Assembly: GCA_012295275.1 (NCBI GenBank)
Contig: CM022671.1
Coordinates: forward strand, 31,992,001-32,056,000
DNA length: 64,000 nucleotides
Reading direction: 5' to 3'
Source: Chrysomallon squamiferum
Taxonomy: Eukaryota; Animalia; Mollusca
Position 1 is the first letter of the stretch; each line of letters opens with the position of its first letter. The notes beneath the pieces are model-generated. The model had not been told where the DNA came from. It was given only the letters and a program-made list of their open reading frames with translations, and ran no database searches. Positions 1 to 38,146 of this stretch are shown here, piece after piece. Made by a program: the position numbers and the translations under genes.

Positions 1-1209
1 TGTCTCATTTTTAACTTTAAAAATCCCATACAAACCAAAAAGTTTAAATTTTATTGTATTTTTAAAACATCAAAGTTATATCATGAGTGTCACTGTGTAT
101 GCTCAGGCATGCCAGAACCATCTCCATGTGAGTTATTTCACTATGTCTTATTTGCATGCTATTTTACATCTCATTTTCCCACCACTCTTGTTCTTTTCAT
201 ATTCAGAATAATATTCATTCTTTTTCTTTAAAATATCTAATACTGTTGAAGTGCCAATTAACAATTTCTCAGCTAACAGTTTCTGATTTAATTTGGGTAT
301 ATATGTAGATCACTTATTAAATTAATTTTGGATTTTAATGAAAATTCAATTCGCTGGCATTCTGGTTACTGTTGACTAGATATTTTATAGAAATTGATGT
401 TTGTTTCTACATCTGCACTTGTTTATGTGCATCTATTAAATAAATGATAAAATATGTGCATAGTTGATGTTTACATTTGATTTGTAAATTGTGAATAAAA
501 TGTTACAACGAGTAGGGGGCTATGTCACTTTTAATTTGTTTGTTATCAACTCCATAAATCCATGAGATAGTTAACAAATTTTATCATAATATCATAGTGA
601 AGATGTAAAACATGATTATGGATGTAAGGCACTAAGAAGTCCAACCATACTGATAAGTACAATAAACACCAATCAATGACTAATTACCAGACAGCCAGAA
701 TGTCTGATCTGTGATCTCACCATAGTGTAACAGTAGAAACTGGGTCCCCTGCTGTTTCCAATCAGGTAGCCAATTGAGTTTACCTGGCTTACAGTTTGTC
801 AAGGGTAATTAACAAATAACTCAAGCCTCTGGGGATGAAAACTGATCCAGTAATCATAATATACAGGATTCGGTTTATTAAAGGTTTTAATACACATAAT
901 GTATACATGTAAATTCAGGACCTAACATGGCCGGAGTAGACGGTAATCCAGGATAACCAGTGACCAGTTTTGCCAGTTTCCACTGAATATTCACATATAT
1001 GTATATTTAAGGAACAGTCAGCAAATTCTGAAATAAATTTCCTTCTCAAACTAATCAGCATTAAATAATTTATGAAAAAAAAAAACTGATAAATAAATAC
1101 ACTGGAAATATTTGAAAAAACAAAATAGTAAAAAACTGTTGAAGGAGAAAATTTAAATAACTATTGATCAGTCTTAAAGATTCATGCTTTAACATCTGTA
1201 ACAACTCAC

Positions 1210-4200
1210 CTGTGTTGGTTTCTTGATTACAATGCAGTGTACAAACACTCTTCTGATCTCATCCTGATCTGGTTCAGCAACATTCAGCACTTCTTTCAGA
1301 ATAATCTGCTGGGACACAACATCACCTGCTCGAGCCACCAAATCAATGTACACACGTCGAGTTTCTTGACACCTCTCGTCTTTGGAACTGCAAGTTTTGT
1401 TTAGAGTTGACTCCACATGATCATGATAGTCTGATTCATAGAGACTCTGCAGCAAAATTCTGATGTTTTGAATGCATGAAGAACGATTTGCATCAGCTGG
1501 AATGATAAAGCAGTAATTGAAATAATAAAAGAAAAAAAAAGATGATTTTTATTAATATTAATCTCATAGAAACTCTTAAAGAGTAATTTCCATCTGCTCA
1601 CATTCAAGTAGTAATTGAAAATTTTTTATTTTAAATATAGTATGGTTATGTTGGAGTATGCAGAGAATTACATTTTTAAGTAAAATACATAATTTTACAC
1701 ATATAAAAAAATAATACTAATTTGCCAATTGATTCCCAGAATCATTACCGTATTTAATTTGGTTGATTTATTAATAATTTTATTTAGTTATATTCAAAGT
1801 AAAGAGATATAAAGAAGATAAAAAGATGAAGATGAATACAGATATAATAAGCTTTGTGAAACATAAACATAAATATAGGAACTTACTGATGTCAGAGATG
1901 TTATGGACACATTCCATGTTTCCTTCTATATGAGAAATAACTTCATTCAGTCGTTTCTTTTCTTCAGTCTGTAAAATCAATGTAAAGAAAATTTGTTTCA
2001 TTATATGAGCATTTAATATCATAAACTTTGACACAAAAGAAATATCATATTGCAAATAATTTTGTATTTTGCCACAGCATTAAGGTTATTTTTCTTATTA
2101 ATACAAGTAATAAATATATGTAAATCTTGAATGTACATCTCTGTGAAACACAATATCAACTGTTTTCAACTGTCTATTAAGATATTTCTAGTAATATACT
2201 GAAGGCCATGATTTCCTCATTTTTTGAAATACGCACATTTCCTTGACAGCAGTCAATAAAAGAAACAAATGTATTGACAGTAGCACTCTCAGACTTTGTA
2301 AAATTTCAAAATGTTTATCAATATTTAAAATTATTTAGCAGTTTCAGCTTACATGATCAGTTTGGAGTGATCCAGGTATCAAACCATAAAAGGTTGCCCA
2401 TTGATTTCCATGGTATCTGAAAAAACATAACATTGTGTATAATATTTTTGCTTCACAATGGTCAGTATAAATATATTTTATAACTTTCTGTAACTTCTAA
2501 TTTATATCTTCCAGCATATGCAGAAGTCATTCCCTTTTCACTTCTCATTACAAACATAAGTTTGATCACTGATATAGAGGTTTTAAACAACATACTAATT
2601 GCCAAGTAACTTTAAAATTTTAAACTCACTTCTTGCCATCCAGTTTTACATGGACTTTTGCTGACAAACTAATTTCTGGAAAATCTATAATAGAAAAATT
2701 AACATGAGCAAATTATTGACTTAACCAACAATTTATTAACTACCGAATTTATTCCAACTGACACAGAAATATTTTAACTAGAAATGTGTTAAGTTTGTTC
2801 TGGAGTAGAATAATGTAAATATTCATATTTAGTATAATGTGGAGATTTCATTCTAACTGATAAAGCAGTGGACTTCTGTATGAGGAAGTCAAGTTAAACA
2901 CATTCAAACTGTCTGTGTTACCTCCTGATGTATCAATTCTGTGAACAAATTCGCCAGGTTCTGGTTTCCTAAAACAAAAATAATAATAATAATATATACA
3001 TATTTACATACATACATACATATAGGTGTGTGTGTGTGTATTTGTATTATTATTATTATTTTATTATTATTTTTATTTTTATTTTTATATATTATATTGT
3101 TTTGGTTGTTTTCAAAATAATTATAATTTACTTAATTATAGCTGTAGATCCTTATTAATAGTTTAATTTTCCTTTAGAAATTGTGCATGTGAATATTTAT
3201 TTAAATATATCCAATCAAAGGTTCGCTGTTATGTCAAACGTTATCAACATTAGACCTATCAACAGCTGCATATTTATTGCCATAAAATATTGTGATTAAA
3301 TTTCTTCAAAAAGGATAAATCTGTGAATACATATATCTGAAACCAATTTTATATATTTTTTATTTTTCATTTTTCATTTTTTTAACTGATATATAAAATA
3401 AAAATGATAACTGTAACATTTCTATGAATGTCAGAAGTTTATAAAAATCAATGACTAATATAATCACCTTGTTTTGTATCGTGGTTGTTTTTCCTTCAGT
3501 ATAACAGAGTCATGTGCTGTTGCTGAATGGACTGTGCCTTTGGTATCATAATGCAGAATCTTATTGCAAAAAGAAAAACAATTATATATTCTTTGAAATA
3601 ATTAGTAAATATACTTTTTTTTTTTTTTTTTTTCTTTTTTTTTCTTTTTTCTTTTCTTTTGAACTGATCTTTTAAAAATATTTTTTATTAACTTTTAATA
3701 AAAACAAAATAAAACAACTTTGATTTGCGTTCTACAGTGGTTGAATTTAAAACAGAAAGAAACAAATTAAGCAAGCGGTTATTTAGAATATATTTACCAA
3801 CGATAAAGACTTTATTACCATATCAGTTATTATTAGTTTAATCAAATATTAACCTTCTCATGATGTCGTTCACCTCGCTTATCACTGTAATGAAGTCTCT
3901 TTAAGGTCATTCCAGTCAATGTTTTTGAAGCATCATATTGATGATCAAGTTCGCCTTTAAAGAACAATTATTAATTTCCAACATACTGCTAAAATTAAAA
4001 AAATTTCCAACATACTACTAAAATTATTAATCTCCAACATACTATAAAAATTATTAATTTCTAACATAATACTAAAATTGTTTCTTTTCTACAATTATTT
4101 GTATTACTATTACTGATAGGTACAACAACAAAATAACAACAACAGTAATAATAATTTTACTATTTATCTGTTTTTCTCTGCTATTTATTTCTCTGTCTCA

Positions 4201-7200
4201 TAACTCGTCTGAAATTAATAGTGGCCCAAAAAACAAATTTGGGCCACTAAATATTCAATTTGAAATAAATTCAGTGGCCAAAATTTGTCTTTGGTAGCCC
4301 AAACAAAAAAATATTCATATTTCAGCTTTTAAGTGAAGGGAACGTGTACTTGATCATTAACTTTTGAAGTAAGGTTTAAAAATATGCCTCGAAGAGTCAC
4401 TCACACATATACACCAACATTTGTGATATTGAAATTCTTCATTGTCAAATGTCCAGACGGGTACTCAAGTGGTCTACAGTCATTCCAAAATTGGTAAAAA
4501 TTAATTTCATTAGTCTTTTCAATAGGCACCAAATTAACCAGCCAACCAAACAAATCAATTGAAGGAGAGAAAAAACAAAACAGAAATCGAAACACCTCAC
4601 AGCAGACGACAGAAGATAAGACGGCATTCTGGAAGATTCGGATTTGTCCGCGGATTCGGCCGAGATGATCCGAACGGTCACGATTAGTTTTACGATACTG
4701 AGTCAGGACTACTGTTAACTGTATGCATATCCGGTCTACAAAATTAGTGTTTATAAATAGACGGCAAATTAGGGTAAGCCAATACGTCCAATATATCGAA
4801 CTGCGAGCAAAAATTTTTATGTGAAATAGATATTTGCGATAGAATTATTAATAATGGCTTTTGTGTTATAACTTATAACAAGTAAACTGGGCGACCAACC
4901 CATAATTTTTTTAACATCCCTGTCGCCTAAAGTATATACACAGTGGTATCTTGACTTAAAAGTTTAATTCGTTCCGTGGCCCAGCTCGTAACTCAGTAAC
5001 TGATAAAGCAGTGGACCTTCTGTCTGAGGAGTACTCAAGTATGTTCTCAAAGGAGAATGAAATTAACTGAAATACCATTAATCCGTTCTAGCCCCCCAAA
5101 ACCACCCCATTTTTTGGTAATGTGTCTTTAAGTAAGAAAAATGTTTTTATAAATGACAACTATTGTATAAAAACAAAATAAAAGAGAATGTAAAGAAATA
5201 AATTGGTTTTGTAAAGTTTGTTTATCTTGGAGATCAGACAAATTATTTTAACGCCTTATGGTAGAGTTACAGCCTTTATTGACTCCTGCTTCAGTAGGGT
5301 ACACATCGTAGACGTACTAGGCTTCTGCCTAGCCAAGTCGACTGTAATGTTTGCAATGACTTCATGCTTTAATTCAATCGACTCCAACCGCTTCTTCTTC
5401 TCAGCCCTGTCATTTGCACTCACTTTCTTTTGATCCATGATCAGAAAAAAGAAATTTGGCAAAATACTGCACAAAACGCGAACATAAAACAACAGAGATG
5501 CTTCCGCAGCGAGATAACTAAGTGGTCTAAACGAGTGAGACGCGGGATGATGTATGTTGTGTTGTTCATTGCGCCAACTAGCGGCGGCGTATCTGAAGCA
5601 CGCTCGTAACTCGGATTTTTGCTCGCAACTCAAATATATAACAAATATTTTGGAACAAAACAATTGTTTTGGAAATGCTTACCAAAATGGTCATTTTCAG
5701 TTGTGTTATACTTCCATTCATTCTCTTCCGAAAGCTGAAAAACAAAAATTAATAATAATTCCATTTTCTGCCAAAATAGGAATGCATTAAGATGGTTTTC
5801 CATCAGTTGTAAGAACTGTGTATATATATCTATTATTTCATTTTTTTTTTTTTTTTTTTTTTTTGTACCTTTCATCAAAATCTTCGTAAACTGTTTTGAG
5901 TATCAATTAATAGCAATTCATCATACTTTATTATACAGAAAAGATTACTCAGCATGAAATCTACAATAATATATCATCAGTGATACATTTTAAATGCTAG
6001 CTCATTATTATCATCTGCTGTGTTATATTTGCTTTCTTTAAATAATACAGTAAACCTCGCTAAAGTCGTCACTTTATGATTTTTCTGACGACTTCGAGAT
6101 ATTTCTCATTCAACTACTGATGTATTAATACACCCAGATTAACCCCCTTTGAGTTCTTTTCCGATTCACCACCTTTCCTTAAAACGATCATTTAATTTCA
6201 AGCTGCCTGGCAAAGCCTCGTTCTTTTTGAAGTAGCATTTCACCATCGCTACGAATTTCAGCTATTTGTCGAAACCATTTAATTAGCTTGGGAGTTGACA
6301 TCTTCAAACTCACGTGCTTGATGCGTTTCTTACCGCCTTTTCTTGAATCGGGATGCTCAACCTTCCCGATGGCCTCAAACACTTTTGATTTATTTTTTAG
6401 GGGAATCTTAAATTTCTCCGACGTCAGACCCTTTTTCTCACCAGGACTGACTTCACAATACTTAATTTTTTCATACTTCATTTTACAAGAACTGGTTATT
6501 AGCAGTCTCTTTCCGGTAGTCGCCATTTTGTTCACTGAAAAAGTCATTATCGTGAGCGCGGCTTTTCAAAAAAATATGTTAATTCAACGCAATCATACAA
6601 GTCAAGTGCATATCAGTTTCTCAACGCGCAGCGCCTGACTATATCCGTGCAGTTGGTTGAGATCGCGGATTAACTGTGCGAGACGGTTTCGAAGAAAAGC
6701 TTTAGTGTATGTACATAACAGTAGCTGGCGAAGGATTTCCCACTGACGACTTAGAGCTACAAATTGTGTTACTTGAGACCAAGCTTCAGGTGACGAGTTA
6801 GACAGGGATTTTTTATTGAAAATAATGTTACAAAAAATCGGGATTTTCGCTAAGGTGACGCACTTTGACGACTTAAACGCAGACGATTTAGGCGAGGCTT
6901 ACAGTAATAATAATAAAAAATTTATTAGAAATGATTATTTCTATTCATCACTAGATAAATAAAACAATAATAAATATAAGGCCAGGTTTATTTAATTAGT
7001 CATTAGATGGATCTACTACTGTTGCCTTAAATCATAAAGTGAAATATAAATGTAAAAAGCTGTTTTGATCTTACATTTACAGAAATAAAACTGATCAATT
7101 TTTTTTTTTTTTTTTTGTACAAAAAGAAAAATGTAAATTTTAAAATTGTCAAAAGAGTCATGGTTTAATTTTACTTCTATTACCACACAGATCTGCTTGA

Positions 7201-7345
7201 TAAAATCTTTGAAAATAACAATTATATTTATATCTCAAATATCTGTTGCTGTGTTTTTTTTAGTTGGGTTTTTTTTGGGGGGTTGGGGGGTTGGGGGTTT
7301 AATTTTAATTGAAAATAAAAGGCTGTGGTCTAAATAGTTCTTTAG

Positions 7346-7388
<43 letters not shown>

Positions 7389-7659
7389 TAAACTAGTAAA
7401 TAAAAAGAGCCTGGCCTAATGAATGATCCATGCATGAAATAAATTTTCCTAATGGAATCAAATTTAAGAAACCTGAATATCAAAGCAAACTTTTATAAAT
7501 AATACATACTTTCACTTTGACAGAAAACAGACTGGCCAAAGCCTTTTTAATTATGACAAGTTCCTTTTGGTCTTCTGGGTGAAAATGGACCAGATTAATT
7601 GATCCATCATCTGCAGTCTCAAACAGAAAACTAAATAAAAAAAAAAAATAAAAAAAAAA

Positions 7660-7714
<55 letters not shown>

Positions 7715-10700
7715 GTAAAATCTATTTATCTGTATATATGTGTGTGTAGAGGCACAATATTGCTGAAATCTAATGGATAAGATTCAAAATGATATGTATA
7801 AAATGATATTTCATCTGGTCATACTCACTGTTTTGACAAGTCCCAGTTTTTTGGATTCTCTTGGACTAAAAAATTGAAAAAGACATTATTTTGAGAATGT
7901 TTTTTTTTTCTAAATGCAGATAGATACATGTATATAGACAAACACACAGACAGACACATAAAAATACATGCACACAAAAAAACCTACATACAGACTGGAC
8001 CAAAAGCACCAAGCATAATCTAAAGATACACAAAAACCATTAGCGTGTCTGAGGTTTATTTCTCATTGTTTAGACGTAAAGTACTCGGGAAATTCCTCCA
8101 AGATACTTATGACATTAATATATGTCACTGGTGCTATCTTAAGGAACTCAGGACAGTAATGGTCCGCCAGTATTGGTCAGGGGTGTTAAATGTTATCTGC
8201 GTGACTGCAGTGAAATAGAGTTCAAGAGAGAAGAGAGAATATCTCGTAAGGAAGAAACGTTTGGGCCGATTCTCTGCATTATAATTACTGTAATTGTATC
8301 AGATTATACTGTTATTGTATATCATGTTGTACAGTCAGGCAGAGAAATTAAAGGTATAATCAAGATCGAATCTGTGTTGTTTTTGTGTGAGGGTGCTTTA
8401 TGCACCTGGCCACACATATACACCCACACATGTACACATATATTTCACACCTAACAATCGGACTGTGATGGAAGACTGTTTTTATCTTGTGAAATGTCGC
8501 TTCTGTCATGACAAGTCAAAACATAATAATAATAATAATGAAACAACAACAACAATAACAACAACAATATTTAATATTTTAAATAAATTATAACATATAA
8601 TTTTAAAATAAAAAAATAACTAAATAAACTAAACACACACAAACACACACACACACAAACAAGTATGTAGAATTCGGTCTGCCGAATCCACAAAAAGCCG
8701 TGAATTCCCCTGTGCAGGTGGAATGAGTGGCCAGATACGTATTGTGACAGGCGGGATTAATTATTGTCTACGGAGCGATAGGTGTTATGGGCTTTTGTTT
8801 TGCACGAATGGTCTGGCGACAGACTTCTAGCGGTAAGGTTCCACCCGCGACCCCCTGTAAGAATTCAGCCTGACGTGGGTAATTACATATATATTTGCTG
8901 TTCTGCTTGGATAACCCTTATGTTATTGTTGTGACAAATTACCATTATTCTACTACTAGTGAGCAATGGCTAGGAAACAATTTTATGCCGGATTAACCCT
9001 GTTAATAGTGATGTTTTTGTTTGTTTTTTTTTGGGGGGGATAGTTTTTTCTTTTTTCTTTCTTTCTTCTCTCTTTCTCTTTCTTATCCGCTTTTTACATC
9101 TTTTGTTTTTGTTTTGTTTGGTTTTGTTTTTGAAATGAAATAATATTAGAAGTAGCAGTGATTAAATTAACTAAATTCGGTATTAATTAACTTACATAGT
9201 CCATCTGTTGTGAACTGGACAATGCTATCAACCTCCAGGAAATGCAGACGATGTCCTCTCTCTGTCTTGTTAACTGGATACACGTGAAACTGGGTAAAAC
9301 CAAAAGAAACACTAAACTTAAGAAACATAAAATATAAGGAGAAATGCTGTACAATAAGGGTTCCCAAAACATCGGTCGCGATTGACCGGTAGATTCCCAG
9401 TGTAGTGCGGAGAGATCGCGCATCATTCATTGCAAGTCATTGTAGAAAAGAAAAAAAGGAAAGAAACGGAAAAAAATAACCGGAAAAAACAGGAAAGAAA
9501 GAAACATTACATTTTTTAAATAAAAATCCTATTTTAAATGTTAATGGTATTAAAAATAATTTTTTGTGCCAAACTAATATTTTTAAAGCTTCTTAAATAT
9601 TCCATCATAAATATGCACCTCTTTCACCCATTAATTATCATTCCCCAGCTGATAACTCATATGTTTCACCATAAACTCTGTCAATCGCTATCTCTACATC
9701 TCTCTAACATATGTCAATTTCCCAGTTAACTTACCCAATTGATTTTTAATTGTCACTGAGTCCTTGACCTATCCAATGGGTTCTTTAAATGTCTCAATTA
9801 TCATTTTCTTTAAGAAGCCTTTCTCTAATTGAGGTGTTCAAAGGATAATCCGTTCTCTTTATGTCCTCAGATCTATCCCTTTATCATATATGGCTTCCTA
9901 GATGGCTTCTAACTTAATTACTCATGATATCAATAGAAAAGATGTAAGGGAACACTATTCCTCTGAATCATTAGTGCCATCATTAGAATAAATATCACAA
10001 ATATATGAATAAAATTACTATGGAGGACATCAAGAGTCAGAAAGGTGGATAAAATTTTTTTGCACGAGGCCACATCAACAGGAGTTTTTCAGCATGATTG
10101 GCCATCATCATCCTTCTGTCTGGAAAGTTACCCAGTGGTTCCAGCGTGAAGAACACTGTACGCATCGTTCTTCAACAGGATGCAGTTGGCAACCCCCCGA
10201 AGAAGCGGAAGAACAATGGTCATATTCGCCTCCAGAGGTGACTCAAATCCTTGTGCCAGGACCGTGTCAATAGTTCCAGGTCCATTCCTGAGTGTTTCAA
10301 TAAATTTGTTGTGAATAAAACTGTTTCTTTCTTTCCTAGTGAGGTAGTGACCATAAATGTATTCAGCTGTATTGTGCTGTAAGGGTTCATGCAGTGATGC
10401 AAGGTGCGCTAGCATGTATTATATATATAAAGTATACTCAGTAAATATACAAATATTATTTTTAGCATTTTTCAAAACGGGTAGATCATTTTGACCTGGT
10501 CATTTTAAAAGTAGCTCGCAAGCTGAAAAATATGGGCACCCCTGCTGTACACTGTAACTCAGACTGGGGTAATTCCAATACATTAAACCTCACCATCTTA
10601 GATTTTGCTGAAATTTAGATAAATGGGGCCCAAGGTCAAACAAATGTTCAAAAGGTTACCACACCTTAATAAAACATTTGGAATCCTTATCAAATTAGCC

Positions 10701-12220
10701 TTTCAATTACATTGGTTTCATCAAAATCGACCTACTGGGTACAACGATATTATTGTTCTAAAAGGTGCCGGTCGCGCCCATTTTTTCTACCAAAAAGCCA
10801 ACATTTGAGGGGTTATATCTCCAAAACTACTGCTCCAACTGAGCTGATATTTGAGATATGGGGTACTTATGACAAATCCAAACTAGATATGATTACTGAA
10901 GATGGTAAGGTTAAAAGTGGTTTGACACGGAATGGCATACTGGTCTAATTAGGCCTGGAAGATCAGTTTGTTTCCCAATCCATCAATAACTAAAATATTT
11001 TAAAAATCAGCATCATCCCATTTGTCAGACATCCTAGTTGTTAGACAACCGATATGTTAGTTTAATTTAACTGACTTTGCATACTGCATTGTTGCATTTA
11101 CGCTCTGTGTTTTACACTGATTAGGTTTCTTCTTGCTTTTCGGTCTTTCTGAAGTTTCTCTTCACTATTTGTGCATTATCATGAATTAAACATGTAATGA
11201 ATATTCTTAATGCGTTGAAAGCTTTTTTGTTTTGTGATTATAAGTTTTCTGACAAATGCGACACACCACAACTGGAAGAAGGACTAATTTCATAGATTAA
11301 TATTTGTTTCATTAACAATTACAAGGTTTACTCAAAAAGTGCATGTTGAAAAATAGATATTCTGAATGAATTCCCTATATTTTTTTATTTTTTTTTTATT
11401 TTTATTTTTTTCTTTTTTTTTTTTTTTTCATTATCTTTTTATTTTTTTTATTTTTTTTATTTATCATTTTTTTATACCACCAGGAGAAACAAAAAGTTAT
11501 GATGGTTTAGATTAGTGTTTCCGGTTTTAATGACGTACTGCGCTTTTTAAATATATTATTGTCGACATTATGTTTCGGATTTTATTTATTTATTTATTTA
11601 TTTTCTGGTTTCGTTAATAAACATGTGGTTATATATTAATAAGCTATTAATTAGATGGAATTGATACTTTTTAATAAAATAAAATATATACATTATTTAA
11701 AAGAAATAAAAACAATATACAAGAACTACTACTACTACTATTACTACTACTACTACTAATAAATCCTTGGGGGAAAAATAATACAAAACCCCCCCCAAAA
11801 AAAAAACCCGTAAGGTATCTATAAATAAGTAAATATTGAAATAAAGTAATAAAGTAATAAATAAATAAATAAATAAAGTAATAAATAAATAAATAAATAA
11901 ATAAAGTAATAAAGTAATAAATTAATAAATAAATAAATAAATAAATAAAGTAATAAAGTAATAAATAAATAAATAAATAAATAAATAAAGTAATAAAGTA
12001 ATAATAATAATTTTAAAAAAACAACAGTAAAGGATAAATAAATAAAACGAGAAGAAATCTGCATTTAACCTACCTTCAAAACGGTGGTGATGTTCTTCAT
12101 ACCAAATATATTGGAATCGGCAGAATACGTGTAGTGATGACTAAAACCATCTTCAAAGAAAAATGCCTCAAACTCTGGAACAAAAAGCAATATGCACACA
12201 AACCATAAGCAGTGCGCCAT
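1210..12220 (-). CDS. Secreted large lipid transfer protein (vitellogenin-N/LPD_N, MTP/apolipophorin-like); first ~393 aa, 3' part not resolved and probably beyond the left edge
   Basis: 12 phase-consistent exons: 12220-12074, 9289-9196, 7865-7829, 7630-7510, 5734-5683, 3954-3854, 3559-3468, 2968-2922, 2684-2630, 2416-2353, 1968-1887, 1496-1210. Signal peptide MAHCLWFVCILLFVPEFEA, then FFFEDGFSHHYTYSAD (F..G..Y.Y start of LLT beta-barrel), FLFETADDGSINLVHFHPEDQKELVIIKKALASLFS, ENDHFG (ExDxxG) and YIDLVARAGDVVSQQIIL (helical region). These motifs are typical of the LLT module. Confidence 0.8.
3966..4078. repeat. ~29-bp tandem repeat, 4 copies
   Basis: AATTATTAATTTCCAACATACTACTAAA variants next to the acceptor of LLT exon 3954-3854. 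Confidence 0.8.
4941..5634 (-). mobile_element. Truncated pogo/Tigger element with a transposase N-terminal relic
   Basis: Left end CAGTGGTATCTTGACTTAAAAGTTTAATTCGTTCC and repeated GCTCGTAACTC subterminal motifs. 5438-5256 translates MDQKKVS..AEKKKRLESIELKHEVI..VDLARQ..STSTMCTLLKQESIKA (TIGD1-like psq HTH). Right TIR is missing. Confidence 0.75.
6048..6904 (-). mobile_element. Internally deleted pogo/Tigger DNA transposon
   Basis: Imperfect TIRs CAGTAAACCTCGC..GTCGTC and GACG..GGCGAGGCTTACAG, flanked by TA. ORF 6526-6188 (MATTGKR..KKRIK..LIKWFRQ..GEMLLQK..FARQL) resembles the CENP-B-type HTH region of Tigger transposases. Confidence 0.8.
9355..10544. mobile_element. Non-autonomous hAT element carrying captured sequence
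   Basis: Ends TAAGGGTTCCCA and TGGGCACCCCTG; 8-bp TSD CTGTACAA/CTGTACAC (7/8 match, central TA); GTAGATC/GATCGCG subterminal motifs. Confidence 0.7.
10091..10295 (+). pseudogene. Fragment of a MULE-type transposase C-terminus inside the hAT element
   Basis: With one frameshift and one stop it reads SMIGHHHPSVWKVTQWFQREE/TVRIVLQQDAVGNPPKKRK..RLQR*LKSLCQDRVNSSRSIPE. This resembles the GHxHPSIWK..G.PP.KR..LQ.RL..LC.D tail of invertebrate MULE transposases (from memory). Confidence 0.55.
10561..10946. mobile_element. Probable MITE, family uncertain
   Basis: Weak inverted ends (AGACTGGGGTAATTCC and GGAATGGCATACTGGTCT). Its end TTTGACACGGAATGGC recurs as TTTGACATGGAATGGCCC at ~50150-50166. Confidence 0.4.
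11820..12010. repeat. Compound (TAAA)n/(TAATAAAG)n simple repeat
   Basis: Direct reading. Confidence 0.9.
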
Positions 12221-12748
12221 TGCTGACAGTTGTTGGCACTTTAAGTCTGTTTCACCAATATGTCTTTTAAATAAGGCCTCTTACAGCTTCTTTTCAGATA
12301 ACATCCACCATAAAGACGTTTCAGTAGATATTTATAATACAATAGAGTGTTTCAATAGGACCTTTCATAAACATCTTTTATTTAGGAGACGTTGTCAAAA
12401 TATATTTCTTCTGTGTTCATGGGCGTAATAAAAGAATTTCTTTACTGATTTGTTTAGTTATTTAAGTTGTATGTGTATATGTGCTAATACACAAATAAAC
12501 TATTATTATTATTATGTTGCATGACTGGACATGTTTCGTTAATATATAAAAAATTGCTGTAATAAATCAAAACTATGGCATTTTAAGTAAGCTCTTTTGT
12601 GTATGGTGTCAATAGATCTGACACTGAGAAGCTTCGGTGGCTTACGTATAGCTGCTTTTCAGAATTATTCAGGTAAGAAGAACAATAAAACATTCTGTGA
12701 AATCTGTCGTGAATAAAATCCATTAAAGGGTTTCAGTCAGATACGAAA
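12221..12748. promoter_or_regulatory. Putative bidirectional promoter between the LLT gene and the giant PLAT gene
   Basis: Divergent ATGs at 12220(-) and 12749(+). Outward-facing TATA-like boxes: TATAAATA on - at 12329-12336 and TATATAAA on + at 12543-12550. A probable 5' exon of the + gene ends at donor AG|GTAAGA (12672), with an acceptor at 12736. Confidence 0.55.
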
Positions 12749-37977
<25,229 letters not shown>

Positions 37978-38146
37978 GTTCATAATTGTGAGAAACAGAA
38001 TCTGAAAATATTTTAATCTCTCTAATCATAGTACATTATTATTTTTATTTTTTTTCAGTATTCTTATGTTTTGTTGTGGTTTTGTTTGTTTGTTAGTTTG
38101 CTTTTGTAAGTTTTTAGTAAAATGCATTCTATAAAATAAAGAAGCA

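Noticed and set aside
1-1200. Further LLT exons on the minus strand
   Set aside because: No phase-0 exon with convincing splice sites and family motifs found; the gene probably continues beyond the window.
4200-4935. CpG-rich segment with GTGGCCC/GGGCCAC inverted motif
   Set aside because: Probably a transposon relic, but I could not define TIRs, a TSD or coding similarity.
8123-8416. Possible solo LTR (TGT...ACA, ATTAAA, TATA flanks)
   Set aside because: No second copy in the window, and a TATA flank is too common to count as a TSD.
8660-8880. GC-rich island, possible SINE or ncRNA
   Set aside because: No convincing A/B boxes, cloverleaf or tail.
9580-10080. Possible decayed LINE ORF2 tail on the minus strand
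   Set aside because: Only a WVKRC-like trace among many stops; too weak to call.
10128-10415. 95-aa minus-strand ORF
   Set aside because: Antisense to the MULE-like fragment; no recognisable motif or splice context.
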